Source: an uncultured delta proteobacterium
GTDB taxonomy: Bacteria; Myxococcota_A; Polyangia; Polyangiales; B10-G4
Reading direction: 5' to 3'
Assembly: GCA_963727445.1 (NCBI GenBank)
Contig: CAVSGI010000009.1
Span: forward strand, 320,001-384,000
DNA length: 64,000 nucleotides
The notes below the pieces were generated by a model, which ran no database searches, was not told the origin of the DNA, and saw only the letters and a list, made by a program, of their open reading frames with translations. Position 1 is the stretch's first letter. Each line of letters starts with the position of its first letter. Positions 28,343 to 38,069 of the stretch are shown one piece after another. The position numbers were made by a program, and so were the translations under genes.

Positions 28343-30319
28343 TCAGCGCTCCGCGAGGTCGACGGCGTAGACGAAGCTCGCCCGCGGCAGGCGCGCGTAG
28401 CGCTCGGCGATCGCGGCCATCGGCACGGTGTCGCCATCGACGTGCTGCGCCGTCAGCGCCTCGGCTCCCGCGGTGTCGCCCGTCGCCAGGATCTCGACCA
28501 CCTTCTGCATCAGCGCCTGCGCCGCCGCGGGCATGGCCGCGTAGTCGATGTCGAAGGAGCCGACATCGCTGCCATTCGCGGCGCCGCGCGTCGGGTTCCA
28601 GCTCATCGCTCCGGTGCGCAACAGCTCGCCGATCTGGATGGCGGCCAGCTGGCTGTACGCCTTTCGCTGCCCGCTCGGCGTGTACATGCCTCGGCTGATG
28701 TGCCCGAGGGCCCAGGTGATGGAGTCGAGGTACGCCTCGCGCACCGCCTGCTCGTCGACGACACCACGCTCCTTCAACAACGCGAGAAGGTAGAGCGCGC
28801 CGGTCTGCGCCTTCAGCTCTTCGAGCATCGACGCCATCTGACCGCCGAAGATCTCCTCGGAGGACTTGCCCTCGATCCGATACTCCTGCGCCGGGCCCAG
28901 GTTGTGGGTCGCCTCGTGCAGGATGGTGCTCATCAGGCCCGGGTTGGGCGAGGTGGTGAAGGGCGCCATCGCCTCGTTGGTGAGGAGCGCCTCCGCCGCC
29001 GTGCGCCGCCGCGCCGCGCTGTCCGGGTCGGTATAGAGGTTTGTCATGGCCACCGTGCGGCCGCGGCTCTCCTCGGCCACCGGACCCCAGTTCGGGAGGC
29101 TCTGGCCGATGGTCGCGCCGAAGGCTTCGCAATCGTCCCCCGCGTTGACGACGATCTGGATGAAGTCGGGGAGGTGGAAGCTCACCTCCCGCGGCTCATA
29201 AGCCTCGCTCAGGTCCGCGATGCTCTGCTCCATGTCCTGCTGGATGGGTGACAGGCGCTCCTGCCACTGGAGCGACGCGGGGTCGATGAGCGCGAAGGTG
29301 AGGTGAAAGGCCGCCTTGCGGCTGCACGGATCCCAGTACACCTCGTCCGGCGCGACACGGACGTACCAGCGGGAGTTCTCCGCGTTCATTTGCGACCACG
29401 CCTCGTCCGCGGGGTTCCAGTCGTTGGTGGTGAAGGCCTCGGCCGCCGCGCGGAGGTAGTCGCGCAGCGGCTCTTCGTTCGGCGCCTGCTGCAGCGCCGA
29501 GGCCGCCGCGTAGAGCTCGGTGGAGATGGCCTGCATTTCGTCGGAGTAGGCTTCCGTGTAGGGGACCGCCACGAGCTCACCCTCGCGCTCGCGCACCACG
29601 GTGAAGGGCGAAAGAAGAGTCTCGGCGTCCTCGCGCTCGCGGAGGGCTTCGCAGAAGCCTTCCTGATCCTGGAGCTCGGCGGGATAGACGCTCGGCTTCT
29701 GCTTGGGCGCGTGGGGGAGCGCGGTGCATGCCTCGTCCTCCTCGAGCTCCGGCGACAGGCACGCCGGGCCCCAGTTGCGGCGGAGCACGGCGCGGCTCGC
29801 GGGGTCGCGGGCCTCGTGCTCGCGGGTCAGCGCAGTCATGCCGACCTGTCGCGCGTAGAGCTGATCGATGGTGCGCGCGACGGCGAGCATCCGGCCTGCG
29901 AACGCCTGCTCGGCCTCCGACAGCTCGCTGAGGTCGGTCTCCACCAGGCTCACTGCCGCGGAGGAGAGCTCGCGCTGCATGAGCGCGATCCGCGCGTCCG
30001 CCGGCTCACCCGCGTGCTCGATCTCCACCATCTTCCGGTAGGCGTCCTCGAAGTCGGCGGTGAACTGCCCGTTCTCGACCCAGTGTCCGACCGTGTCGTA
30101 GAAGAGGAGGGAGCGCACCTCGTCGGGGTCCACCGCGCCGTTGTCGTTTGCGTCCGCCAGCCAGAAGACCGGGGCGTCGATCATCAACGCCAGCTGATTG
30201 AAGCGGGGACGCTCGAGCTGGTCGAAGGAGATCGCGGCGGAGGTCGTCTGGATCTGAGCGCCGCCGCAGGCGGCCGCAAGGGAGAGGACGAGGAGGGGGA
30301 GAAGAAAAGTCCGAGCCAT
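28343..30319 (-). CDS. dipeptidyl-peptidase III (M49)-like zinc peptidase, lipoprotein
   Basis: Lipobox AAAC; VPYTEAY, YLRA.AEAF..NDW..AD.AW, LPN, HEATHNLGP, LEELKA. Confidence 0.85.
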   Translation of the reverse strand: MARTFLLPLLVLSLAAACGGAQIQTTSAAISFDQLERPRFNQLALMIDAPVFWLADANDNGAVDPDEVRSLLFYDTVGHWVENGQFTADFEDAYRKMVEIEHAGEPADARIALMQRELSSAAVSLVETDLSELSEAEQAFAGRMLAVARTIDQLYARQVGMTALTREHEARDPASRAVLRRNWGPACLSPELEEDEACTALPHAPKQKPSVYPAELQDQEGFCEALREREDAETLLSPFTVVREREGELVAVPYTEAYSDEMQAISTELYAAASALQQAPNEEPLRDYLRAAAEAFTTNDWNPADEAWSQMNAENSRWYVRVAPDEVYWDPCSRKAAFHLTFALIDPASLQWQERLSPIQQDMEQSIADLSEAYEPREVSFHLPDFIQIVVNAGDDCEAFGATIGQSLPNWGPVAEESRGRTVAMTNLYTDPDSAARRRTAAEALLTNEAMAPFTTSPNPGLMSTILHEATHNLGPAQEYRIEGKSSEEIFGGQMASMLEELKAQTGALYLLALLKERGVVDEQAVREAYLDSITWALGHISRGMYTPSGQRKAYSQLAAIQIGELLRTGAMSWNPTRGAANGSDVGSFDIDYAAMPAAAQALMQKVVEILATGDTAGAEALTAQHVDGDTVPMAAIAERYARLPRASFVYAVDLAER

Positions 30320-30388
30320 GGCGGCGAGAAGCTAGCACCCCGGTCGACCGCCATCCACGCCGTTGGGGGAATGTGATACTCCCCAGCC

Positions 30389-31147
30389 GTGGACCGGCCC
30401 GAGCTGAGCGTCATCATGCCCGCGTACAACGAGGGGCGGGGCATTCAGTCGGTGCTCTCCCGCCTCCTCGCGTACTTCGACGAAGAGGGCACCGACGTCG
30501 AAGTGATCGTGGTCGACGACGGCAGCAGCGACGATACGAAGTCCTGGATCGAACGCGCGGCCGAGGCGGACCCACGCATCGTGAGCGCCGGCTTCGCGGT
30601 GAACCAGGGCAAGGGCGCGGCGGTGCGCGAGGGGTTGAGGCGCGCGAGGGGCAGGGTCGTGGCGTTCACCGACGCGGATCTCCCCTACGGCCCGGAGAAG
30701 ATCCTCGAGGGCAAGGCGCTCGTGGATCGGGGCGTCGACTTCGTCGCGGGCGCGCGCGACCTCGCTGAGCTCGACAGCCGGCGTGACTACCCGCTGCCGC
30801 GACGGGTCGCGAGCTTCGTCTTCGGGCGCTTCGTCTCGGCGGTCCTCGGAACCGCGATCGAGGACTCACAGTGCGGGCTCAAGCTCATGCGGCGCGATGT
30901 CGCTGACGCTTTCGCCGAGACCCTCACCATCGATCGCTTCGCTTTCGACGTGGAGATGCTCCTGCTCGCCAGGAGCTGGGGGCTCCGGGTCGAGCGCCTG
31001 CCCGTCAGCATGATCCACATGGCGCCCTCCTCGGTGCAGCTCACCCGCGACGCGCTCGACATGGCGCGTGACGTCGCGCGGTTGGCCGCACGGCGGAGGA
31101 CCGGCCGGCTCCCCGCGCGTCCCCCTCGCCGCGAGGCGGATGGCTGA
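30389..31147 (+). CDS. GT2 polyprenol-phosphate glycosyltransferase (DPM1/ALG5-like)
   Basis: LSVIMPAYNE, VVDDGSSD, NQGKG.AVR.G, DADL, DSQCGLK, FAFDVE. Confidence 0.9.
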   Translation: MDRPELSVIMPAYNEGRGIQSVLSRLLAYFDEEGTDVEVIVVDDGSSDDTKSWIERAAEADPRIVSAGFAVNQGKGAAVREGLRRARGRVVAFTDADLPYGPEKILEGKALVDRGVDFVAGARDLAELDSRRDYPLPRRVASFVFGRFVSAVLGTAIEDSQCGLKLMRRDVADAFAETLTIDRFAFDVEMLLLARSWGLRVERLPVSMIHMAPSSVQLTRDALDMARDVARLAARRRTGRLPARPPRREADG

Positions 31148-33101
31148 AGCGTCCAGGCGTTCGGCGGAAAATCTCGCGCTCCTCGAACGCGTGAGCGTCG
31201 TCCCCGAGGGAGGCAGCTCCGGCGACGTCGTCGACGCCGACGAGCTCCAGAGGCGCCTCGGCCTCGCCTCGCTCTACCTCGCCCGGCGCATCCTCGCCGC
31301 GCTCGGCGCCGACCGCCGCGATCGGCTGACCCGCGAGCGTCTGATCGAGCGCATCGAAGCGCTGATGGACGGGACGCCCGAGGACAAGCTCCGCTTCGCC
31401 TTCCGCGTGCACGACGCGAACGGCGATGGCGCCATCGATCACGAAGAGCTCGAGCGCATGCTCTGGATCAGCCTCGCCGAGAACCGCCTCGCCTTCGGCC
31501 CTGAGCAGGTGACCGATCTCTGCGAAGCGGTCTTCGCGCACGCCGACGAGAACGGCGACGGGCTCATCACCTTCGAAGAGTTCGAGAAGTCCATCGGGCT
31601 CTATCCGGGTGTGGTAGAGCACATGACCCTGGGTGACCTCCGCTGGCTGGGTCTCGGCCCGAGCCCTTCGATCACCACCCTGCGCCGTCGTCGCCCGCTG
31701 CCGCGGCTCTCGGCGAACGTCACCTACGCCCTGTTGGTGTTGGTCTGGCTCGCCGTGAACGCCGCCCTCTTCGCCCGGGCGGTGGTCGTCTACCAGGCCG
31801 CGGGCGCCAACATCTACGTGCAGATCGCGCGCGGCTTCGGCGCCACCCTCAACCTGAACGCGGCCCTGATCCTCATCCCGATGATGCGGCGCTTCCTCAC
31901 CTGGCTGGGGCGAACCGAGGTGGGGCGCGTGCTCATCGACGACCACGTCGGCTTCCACCGCCTGGTGGGCAACGCGGCTCTGGTGTTCGGCCTCGCCCAC
32001 ACCGCGGCCCACTTCACCAACTGGCTCACCGGACCCACCGGTCTCTACGCCGGCTTGATGACCATGGCCGGACTCACCGGCCTGGGCCTCCTCTTCGTCC
32101 ACGTGCTGCTCGCGATCTTCGCGCGCGACGGGGTCCGCCGCACGCACCGCTTCGAGCTCTTCTACGCGGTGCATCGACTCTGGCCGCTCTGGTTCGTCTT
32201 CATCCTGCTCCACGGCCCCGTCACCTGGATCTGGGTCGCGGCGCCGCTCGTCGGCTACGTGATCGACAAGTACTTCGCGCGGCGAATCCGCGCGACGCGC
32301 GTCGAGGCGCTCACCCCGCTGCCCGCGCGCGCCACGCGCATCGATCTCGCTCGGCCCGATGGCTTCGAGTACGAGGCCGGTGACTACGTCTTCTTGCGCA
32401 TCCCCGAGCTCGCCCACATGGAGTGGCACCCCTTCACGCTGAGCAGCGCGCCCGAGAACCAGGAGCGCCTGACGGTGCACGTGCGCAACGTCGGCAACTG
32501 GACGGGGGCGCTCCGCGAGCTCGCCGAGGAGCGAGAGGTCGTCGACCATGCGCCGACGCTTTCGGCCTTCGTAGACGGACCTTATGGAACGCCGAGCACG
32601 CACATCTTCCGTTGCCAGCGTCCGGTGCTCGTCGCTGCCGGTATCGGCGTCACTCCTTTCGCCAGCGTTCTGGCGAGCATTCTGGAGCGTCTGAGGCGTG
32701 GCGACGGAGTGGTCCCAGAGCGCATCCACTTCGTCTGGGTGTGCCGAGACCATCAGGCCTTCGGCTGGTTCGCCGAGCTCCTCGCGGAAATCGAGGCCGA
32801 GTACCCCAACCGCTTCGACTTCTCGGTCTACATGGACGCCGGCGAGCGCGACATCAAGAGCACGGTGCTCCGCATCGCGATGGACCTGCTCTACGCGCGG
32901 ACACGCAAGGATCTGATGACGGGCCTGAAGAGCCGCACCACGCTCGGCGCGCCCCCTTGGTCCGAATTGATGGCCGCCTTCGCCCGCGAGCACGCGCCGG
33001 ACATCCCTCACGTCTTCTTCTGCGGTCCCGACGGCCTGGCCAACAAGGTGCGCCGCGCGGCGGAAGAGCACGGGATGCCCTTCCGCCAGGAGCACTTCTG
33101 A
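31140..33101 (+). CDS. EF-hand-containing NADPH oxidase (NOX5/RBOH-like flavocytochrome)
   Basis: EF-hands DANGDGAIDHEE and DENGDGLITFEE; heme His pairs FHRLVG..LAHTAAH and VHRL..LLHG; HPFTLSS, VDGPYG, AAGIGVTPFAS, TGLKSRT, FFCGP, terminal QEHF. Confidence 0.92.
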   Translation: MAEASRRSAENLALLERVSVVPEGGSSGDVVDADELQRRLGLASLYLARRILAALGADRRDRLTRERLIERIEALMDGTPEDKLRFAFRVHDANGDGAIDHEELERMLWISLAENRLAFGPEQVTDLCEAVFAHADENGDGLITFEEFEKSIGLYPGVVEHMTLGDLRWLGLGPSPSITTLRRRRPLPRLSANVTYALLVLVWLAVNAALFARAVVVYQAAGANIYVQIARGFGATLNLNAALILIPMMRRFLTWLGRTEVGRVLIDDHVGFHRLVGNAALVFGLAHTAAHFTNWLTGPTGLYAGLMTMAGLTGLGLLFVHVLLAIFARDGVRRTHRFELFYAVHRLWPLWFVFILLHGPVTWIWVAAPLVGYVIDKYFARRIRATRVEALTPLPARATRIDLARPDGFEYEAGDYVFLRIPELAHMEWHPFTLSSAPENQERLTVHVRNVGNWTGALRELAEEREVVDHAPTLSAFVDGPYGTPSTHIFRCQRPVLVAAGIGVTPFASVLASILERLRRGDGVVPERIHFVWVCRDHQAFGWFAELLAEIEAEYPNRFDFSVYMDAGERDIKSTVLRIAMDLLYARTRKDLMTGLKSRTTLGAPPWSELMAAFAREHAPDIPHVFFCGPDGLANKVRRAAEEHGMPFRQEHF

Positions 33102-33105
33102 GCCG

Positions 33106-35166
33106 CTACATCGCGCCGGTGTCGTTCATGTCCTGGAGCGGCTCCGGGACCGGAAGGTCGGTGGTCACCAGCCCGTCGCCGTTGTCGAGGTACTGGACCG
33201 TGCGCGACAGGTCCGCGAGATCCTGCGCTTCGCTCTGAACGCAAGCACCGATGGTGGAGTCACGGACGACGCCGTCGTCGATCGAGGCCGAGGACTCTTG
33301 GCCGACGTGTACCCCGCAGAAGTCCGCGCTGGTGATCTCGAAGTGGGACAGGTGGGCGTTGCCGCCCTCGTAGACCCCCAGCCCATGTCCTGCCGGGTCG
33401 TCGCTGCAGCTCCCGTCGCCACACGCGACCGAGTGAACCGGCCCGATCTCGATCTCGGAGAGGCTCACGTGGGTTTGTGGGCTCAAGACGGAGAGCCCCA
33501 CGTCGCGAACGTCGCGAATCGCGATCCGCTCCCCGTCCACCGAGGCCCCGAATTGCACGTTGATCCCGCGTCCCATGCGTCCGTCGATGTCTCGCGAGTG
33601 GACGTCGTGGACCAGCAGATCCTCGATGGTCACGGTGGTGCGAGGATCCTGAAAGAGGAAGCCGGCCTCGGGCAGGTTGGCTACCTCCCACCGCGTCATG
33701 GTTACCGTGGAACCGCTGAGCACCATCATGGCGCGCCCGAAGAAGCCGGAGACGAGATCCACGTCACGGATGTCGACGTCGCTCGCGTTCAGGGTCGAGT
33801 CGCGCAACACCAGGATGCCTTCGCTGTGCACCCGCCGGATGAGGGCGCGCGTGACATCGGCCGTGGCACCGTCTCGGACGGAGATGCCGCGCCCGACCTG
33901 ATTGTCGCTTTGGCGGGTGTCGACGTCGGTGATCATCAGATCTTCGAACGTTGCCGTCCCGCCGCTGTTCAAGATGGCGATCTCCGTCGAATGCTGGAGC
34001 CGACAGCGTCGGCAGACGACGGCGGCGTCGTCCTGGATGTTCAGTGCGCGCCCTCCGACGCGCTCGGAGTTCACGGCGGTGCGACGGACCACGCAGTCCT
34101 CGGCCGTCAGGTCGCCGCCGGCGGAGTCGATCAGGATGCCGACCTCCGTGTTGTCTTCCGACACCACGCGCTGGAGGACCAGCTTGCCGTCAGCCGCCCC
34201 GAAGCCCGGACCGCCGCCGCAATCGTTGGGCAGCGTTCCGGTCGACACCGCATCGGTGACCGTGGCGTCTGCGCGAAGCGACACCACGCCCCACTCGTGG
34301 TTGTCCTCGCTCGAGAGCCAGCGGACGTTGGCGACGGACCGATCCTCGATGTCGAGTCCTCGCCCGAAGAGTCCGCTCGAGAGCGGCGAGGTGCGCCGGA
34401 TGACGAGCCGCTCCGCGTCCATGGTCGCGTCCTCTTCGATCAAGACGCCCACCGAGGTGGCGTCGCGGACGATGACGTCGCGGAGGGTGACGTCGGGCCC
34501 CACGCCGCTCGCCTTGATCCCGAGTCCCCCCGCCGGTCCGATGGTCACGTTCTCGATGCGGGCGTCGCCGCCGACGATGCGCACGACGGGGTCGGGCGCG
34601 GTGACGGTGGTGGAGACGAGGTGCGTCGACTCCGCGCACGCGCCGAGCAGGGCGATGCCGTCGCCGAGCTCGATTGCTTCGTCGTAGGTGCCCGCGGCGA
34701 GCGCGAGCGTCGTCCCCGAGGAAGCGGCGCTGAGCGCTTCGGTGATGGTGCCGAAAGGCGCGTCGATACTCCCGTCGCCCGCGGTCTCACCCGCGCGGAC
34801 GTAGAGCACCGCCGCGTCGGCGGGGACGTCGGGCGAAAACGCGCCGGCGGTTGGGCACTCGGTTCCGATCCGCTCGCATCCCGGACGGCCGGGAAAGTGC
34901 GCTTCGTGCTCCGCGCAGGAGCCGCGGCCGGTCGACGGCCAGGGCTCGCAGACGGCGATCCCGTCCGCTTCGATCTCGTTCCAGCCTTCGGGGCAGGGCG
35001 TGAAGATGGGAAGGGTGGGAGGCGTGGGAGGCGTGACGCTTGTCACCCCGCCGTCGGTGGTGCCGTCTGGGGAAGCGTCGACGGAGGCATCGGAGACGTC
35101 GTCACCGCCGCAGCCTCCCGCGCTGAGAGCGATGGCCAAGAGCAGCGCCGACACCCCCGTTCGCAC
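33106..35166 (-). CDS. lipoprotein with a right-handed parallel beta-helix (DUF1565/pectin-lyase-like fold)
   Basis: Lipobox GGC; GDGSIDAPFGTITEAL..LAAGTY; repeated G.G(L/I) beta-helix rungs. Confidence 0.82.
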   Translation of the reverse strand: MRTGVSALLLAIALSAGGCGGDDVSDASVDASPDGTTDGGVTSVTPPTPPTLPIFTPCPEGWNEIEADGIAVCEPWPSTGRGSCAEHEAHFPGRPGCERIGTECPTAGAFSPDVPADAAVLYVRAGETAGDGSIDAPFGTITEALSAASSGTTLALAAGTYDEAIELGDGIALLGACAESTHLVSTTVTAPDPVVRIVGGDARIENVTIGPAGGLGIKASGVGPDVTLRDVIVRDATSVGVLIEEDATMDAERLVIRRTSPLSSGLFGRGLDIEDRSVANVRWLSSEDNHEWGVVSLRADATVTDAVSTGTLPNDCGGGPGFGAADGKLVLQRVVSEDNTEVGILIDSAGGDLTAEDCVVRRTAVNSERVGGRALNIQDDAAVVCRRCRLQHSTEIAILNSGGTATFEDLMITDVDTRQSDNQVGRGISVRDGATADVTRALIRRVHSEGILVLRDSTLNASDVDIRDVDLVSGFFGRAMMVLSGSTVTMTRWEVANLPEAGFLFQDPRTTVTIEDLLVHDVHSRDIDGRMGRGINVQFGASVDGERIAIRDVRDVGLSVLSPQTHVSLSEIEIGPVHSVACGDGSCSDDPAGHGLGVYEGGNAHLSHFEITSADFCGVHVGQESSASIDDGVVRDSTIGACVQSEAQDLADLSRTVQYLDNGDGLVTTDLPVPEPLQDMNDTGAM

Positions 35167-35223
35167 CCCTCGATCTTAGCGGAAGTGCGCGCGGAGCGCA
35201 CCGCACCCCGCGCCTACAGGGAA

Positions 35224-36012
35224 CTACATCCCGGTCGTCGTCGGCATCGGCAGGATGTCGAAGGGGTCCGCGCACCAGACGGTGTCCTGATCGGGGTCGG
35301 CGCAGGTCATGTCGGTCATGTCGCAGTACAGCGATTGGCATTGCCAGGCCCGATCGCAGCCAGAGGTGATGTCTCGACGCTCGACGCACTGGTTCGTGAG
35401 CTCGCCGCAGTACAACGCCTGTTGGCACTCGAAGTCCTTGCTGCAGTCCTCGTTCATTCCGCTGAGCGGACGACAGACCCACCCCGACATCTCGTTCCGG
35501 CAGCCGTAGCCCTCGGTGCATGTGAACAAGCGCGCTACGGCGTCGATGAGCAGGTCTCCCGTGTTCGCCTCGCACGCCTCACCGTCGCCGAAGGTGCCAT
35601 CCATGGCGCTGATCAGCCCATCTCGTTCGGCCACGAGTGCGATGATGTCATCGCTGCAGGAATCCTCCGCGGCGGCGGCGCGCGCTCTCTCCAGGAGCTC
35701 TGCCCCGCGTTCGGGGTTGTAGTGGGTATTCGGTTCCAAGAGAACCGGCCCGAGCCAGCGCTCGCACTTGTCGGTGGCTTCCGCCACGCAGTTAGAAGGC
35801 GCACCCATCGAGCAGCAGTGGCTCCGGCCTTCGCAGAAGACGGACGCCATCGCCGAGCAGACGTTGTTCACGTCGAGAGTGGGGACGTCGGCGTCTGCGT
35901 CCGGGGTTGCAGAATCCATCGCCGCGTCGCCCATGTGCCGTCCGGGATCCAACACCAGCGAGCAGCCGCCCAGCGCGAGCGCCAATCCCATCGCTACCAT
36001 CGCTTGGCGCAT
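35224..36012 (-). CDS. Cys-rich lipoprotein
   Basis: Lipobox LGGC; C...CC; C....EC...LYC repeats. Confidence 0.78.
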   Translation of the reverse strand: MRQAMVAMGLALALGGCSLVLDPGRHMGDAAMDSATPDADADVPTLDVNNVCSAMASVFCEGRSHCCSMGAPSNCVAEATDKCERWLGPVLLEPNTHYNPERGAELLERARAAAAEDSCSDDIIALVAERDGLISAMDGTFGDGEACEANTGDLLIDAVARLFTCTEGYGCRNEMSGWVCRPLSGMNEDCSKDFECQQALYCGELTNQCVERRDITSGCDRAWQCQSLYCDMTDMTCADPDQDTVWCADPFDILPMPTTTGM

Positions 36013-36809
36013 CAGAACGTACCCCTTGCGCTGAGCCCGACGACGTTCGGCCCGAGCGCTGGGGCGACCGCCACCCCGTCGTCATCATCGTCGCCGCCGA
36101 TCAGAAGGAACACGGTGCCGACGATGGCGCCGAGCGCGGCGACTCCGAGGCCGATGTCGGCGACGAGCGAGAAGGTCTTCAAGTTGGAGACGTCGTTCTC
36201 GGTGCACGTGCGCCCCATGTCGGCGCCGCACGTCCCGGCGAGGTTCGAGTCCTCCGCGAGGGCGAGGGAGCCGAAGACGCCGAAGGTCGCGAGGCCCACG
36301 CCCGCAGCGATGTACGAGACGATCGCGCCCATCGGAACGCCGCCGCCGGTGTCGGCCGGCGCTTCGGGCGGACTGACCTGATGTTCATCGGGCTCCTGCG
36401 TTTCCTCCGGGCGTTGCGCACGCTCCTCGGCGCGTAGCCGCAGGTTCGCGACGCGCTCGGTGAGCGTCGCGTCTGGCTCTGCCTGAGACTGGTTGAACTC
36501 TTCGAGGGAGTCCGCGGCCTCGCCGTAGCTCCCGAGCCGCTCCTGGGTGAGCCCGATGTTGTAGAGGAGCTCGAACCTGTGACTGGATTCGTACGCTCGG
36601 AGAAACTCGGTGAGCGCCTCCTCGTAGCGGCCTGCCTCGAAGTGCAGTCGACCCGCTTCGAAGTGGATACGAGCCTCGTCGTCGCCGGAGTCGTCGGGCG
36701 CCGCCTCGTCGGCGGACACGGCTTCGTCGTCCACCTCGGCTTCCTGCGCGCTCGCGGAGCTTGCGATGAGCGCGAAGAGCAGCCCGGCGCCGACCCCTTG
36801 GTAAGTCAT
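36012..36809 (-). CDS. TPR protein with C-terminal hydrophobic helices and a G-T-F terminal strand
   Basis: AR.HFEAGR.HFEAGRYEEAL.EF..AY..LLYNIG; ends GLSARGTF. Confidence 0.85.
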   Translation of the reverse strand: MTYQGVGAGLLFALIASSASAQEAEVDDEAVSADEAAPDDSGDDEARIHFEAGRLHFEAGRYEEALTEFLRAYESSHRFELLYNIGLTQERLGSYGEAADSLEEFNQSQAEPDATLTERVANLRLRAEERAQRPEETQEPDEHQVSPPEAPADTGGGVPMGAIVSYIAAGVGLATFGVFGSLALAEDSNLAGTCGADMGRTCTENDVSNLKTFSLVADIGLGVAALGAIVGTVFLLIGGDDDDDGVAVAPALGPNVVGLSARGTF

Positions 36810-36845
36810 CCGTCGATCATGCCAAAGCGGCGGCGAAAAGGCATC

Positions 36846-37994
36846 TCACGTCCCACAGGGAGTGATGCGGATCACCCGAGCTGCGCCGGGCTGGGCCAGG
36901 TAGAGGGCGCCGTCGCTGCCGAAGCGGAGGCCGGCGCTCGACATGATCCCGGTCGCGAAGGTCTCCGGCGAGCCGGTGCGATCGACGCGGAGGATCTCGT
37001 CGCTGGTCACGACGTAGAGGTATGCGCCGAAGTCTCCACCCGGCGCGGGTGCGGCCATCGCGAGGGGACGGATGCTCGCCGCGAAGACGCTCGCCTCTCC
37101 ATCGCTCGCGCGGACGCGGTAGATGGCGTCCATGCTGCCCGGGCTGAAGCCGGGATCCTCGATCGTCCCGAGGTAGAGGTCGGAGCCGAGGTCGCCGCCG
37201 GGCCCGAACTCGAGCGCCCATGCGCCGGTGACGGTGCTCGAGCCGTCCATGATCGCGTAGCGCGTCGTGGTGCCGTCGGAGGCCACGGTGTAGACCTCGC
37301 GCGGGTTGGGGGCGCTGGTGTCGTAGCGTTCCCGCGAGGTGACGAAGAGGTCGTCGCCGAAGTCCCCACCCGGGCCGTTCTCGACCTCGCCCGGATCGGC
37401 GAGCTCACCCGAGAGCACCGTGACCGTGGATCCGTCCGCCGCTACCTCGAGGATGCCGTCGTTGCCTCCTGCGGCGCTCGCGTCTTCGATGGCGACATAG
37501 AGGCCCTCCTCGAAGCCGCCCGCCGCGCCGGTGTTCCAGACCGCGAAGCCCGGTCCCTGGAAGAGCGGGTCCGTCGCGAAGACACTCGAGGTGCCCGAGT
37601 CGTTCTGGATGATGTTGCCCGCGTCGGTGCTGGCGCCGATCCAGCTGGCGCTGTTGGTGATCAGCATCAGGCCGGAGGCGTTCCAGCTCACGCTCACCGG
37701 TTCCACGAGCTCGGACCCCTCGGCCACCACCTCGGCGTTCCACTCTTCCGTCGGGAAGGTGATGCCGCTCGCGACCGGGGTGCAGGTCGGCGGTCCCGTG
37801 TCCACCGTCCCCGTGTCCGTGGTGCCGGTATCCGTCGTACCGGTGTCTGCGGTGCCGGTGTCGGGGGTGCCGGTGTCCGGGGCGCCGGTGTCGACGACGC
37901 CGGTGTCGCTCAGCATCGGCGAGTCGTCGCCGCAAGCGACCAGGGCCAAGGGAAGGAGCAGGGCCAGAGAGGCAGAATGAAAGCGCATGGGCAT
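36846..37994 (-). CDS. secreted lipoprotein with a DTG-repeat linker and beta-propeller-like domain
   Basis: Lipobox LVAC; DTG(T/A)x pentapeptide repeats; GPGGDFG..L(F/Y)V blades. Confidence 0.78.
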   Translation of the reverse strand: MPMRFHSASLALLLPLALVACGDDSPMLSDTGVVDTGAPDTGTPDTGTADTGTTDTGTTDTGTVDTGPPTCTPVASGITFPTEEWNAEVVAEGSELVEPVSVSWNASGLMLITNSASWIGASTDAGNIIQNDSGTSSVFATDPLFQGPGFAVWNTGAAGGFEEGLYVAIEDASAAGGNDGILEVAADGSTVTVLSGELADPGEVENGPGGDFGDDLFVTSRERYDTSAPNPREVYTVASDGTTTRYAIMDGSSTVTGAWALEFGPGGDLGSDLYLGTIEDPGFSPGSMDAIYRVRASDGEASVFAASIRPLAMAAPAPGGDFGAYLYVVTSDEILRVDRTGSPETFATGIMSSAGLRFGSDGALYLAQPGAARVIRITPCGT

Positions 37995-38069
37995 TAGGGT
38001 AGACGGGGAGGGACGCTCCGCCAAAATGCGCGCTTGCCCTGGCGCCAGCCTTGGGGCAAGACGCCCCCG

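Noticed and set aside
33298..36381. 1027-aa + strand ORF and other long Arg/Pro/Gly-rich ORFs (e.g. 10664-12673, 27461-29251, 31041-33095, 52655-54673)
   Set aside because: Antisense or alternate-frame shadows of well-supported genes, expected in high-GC DNA; no recognisable motifs.
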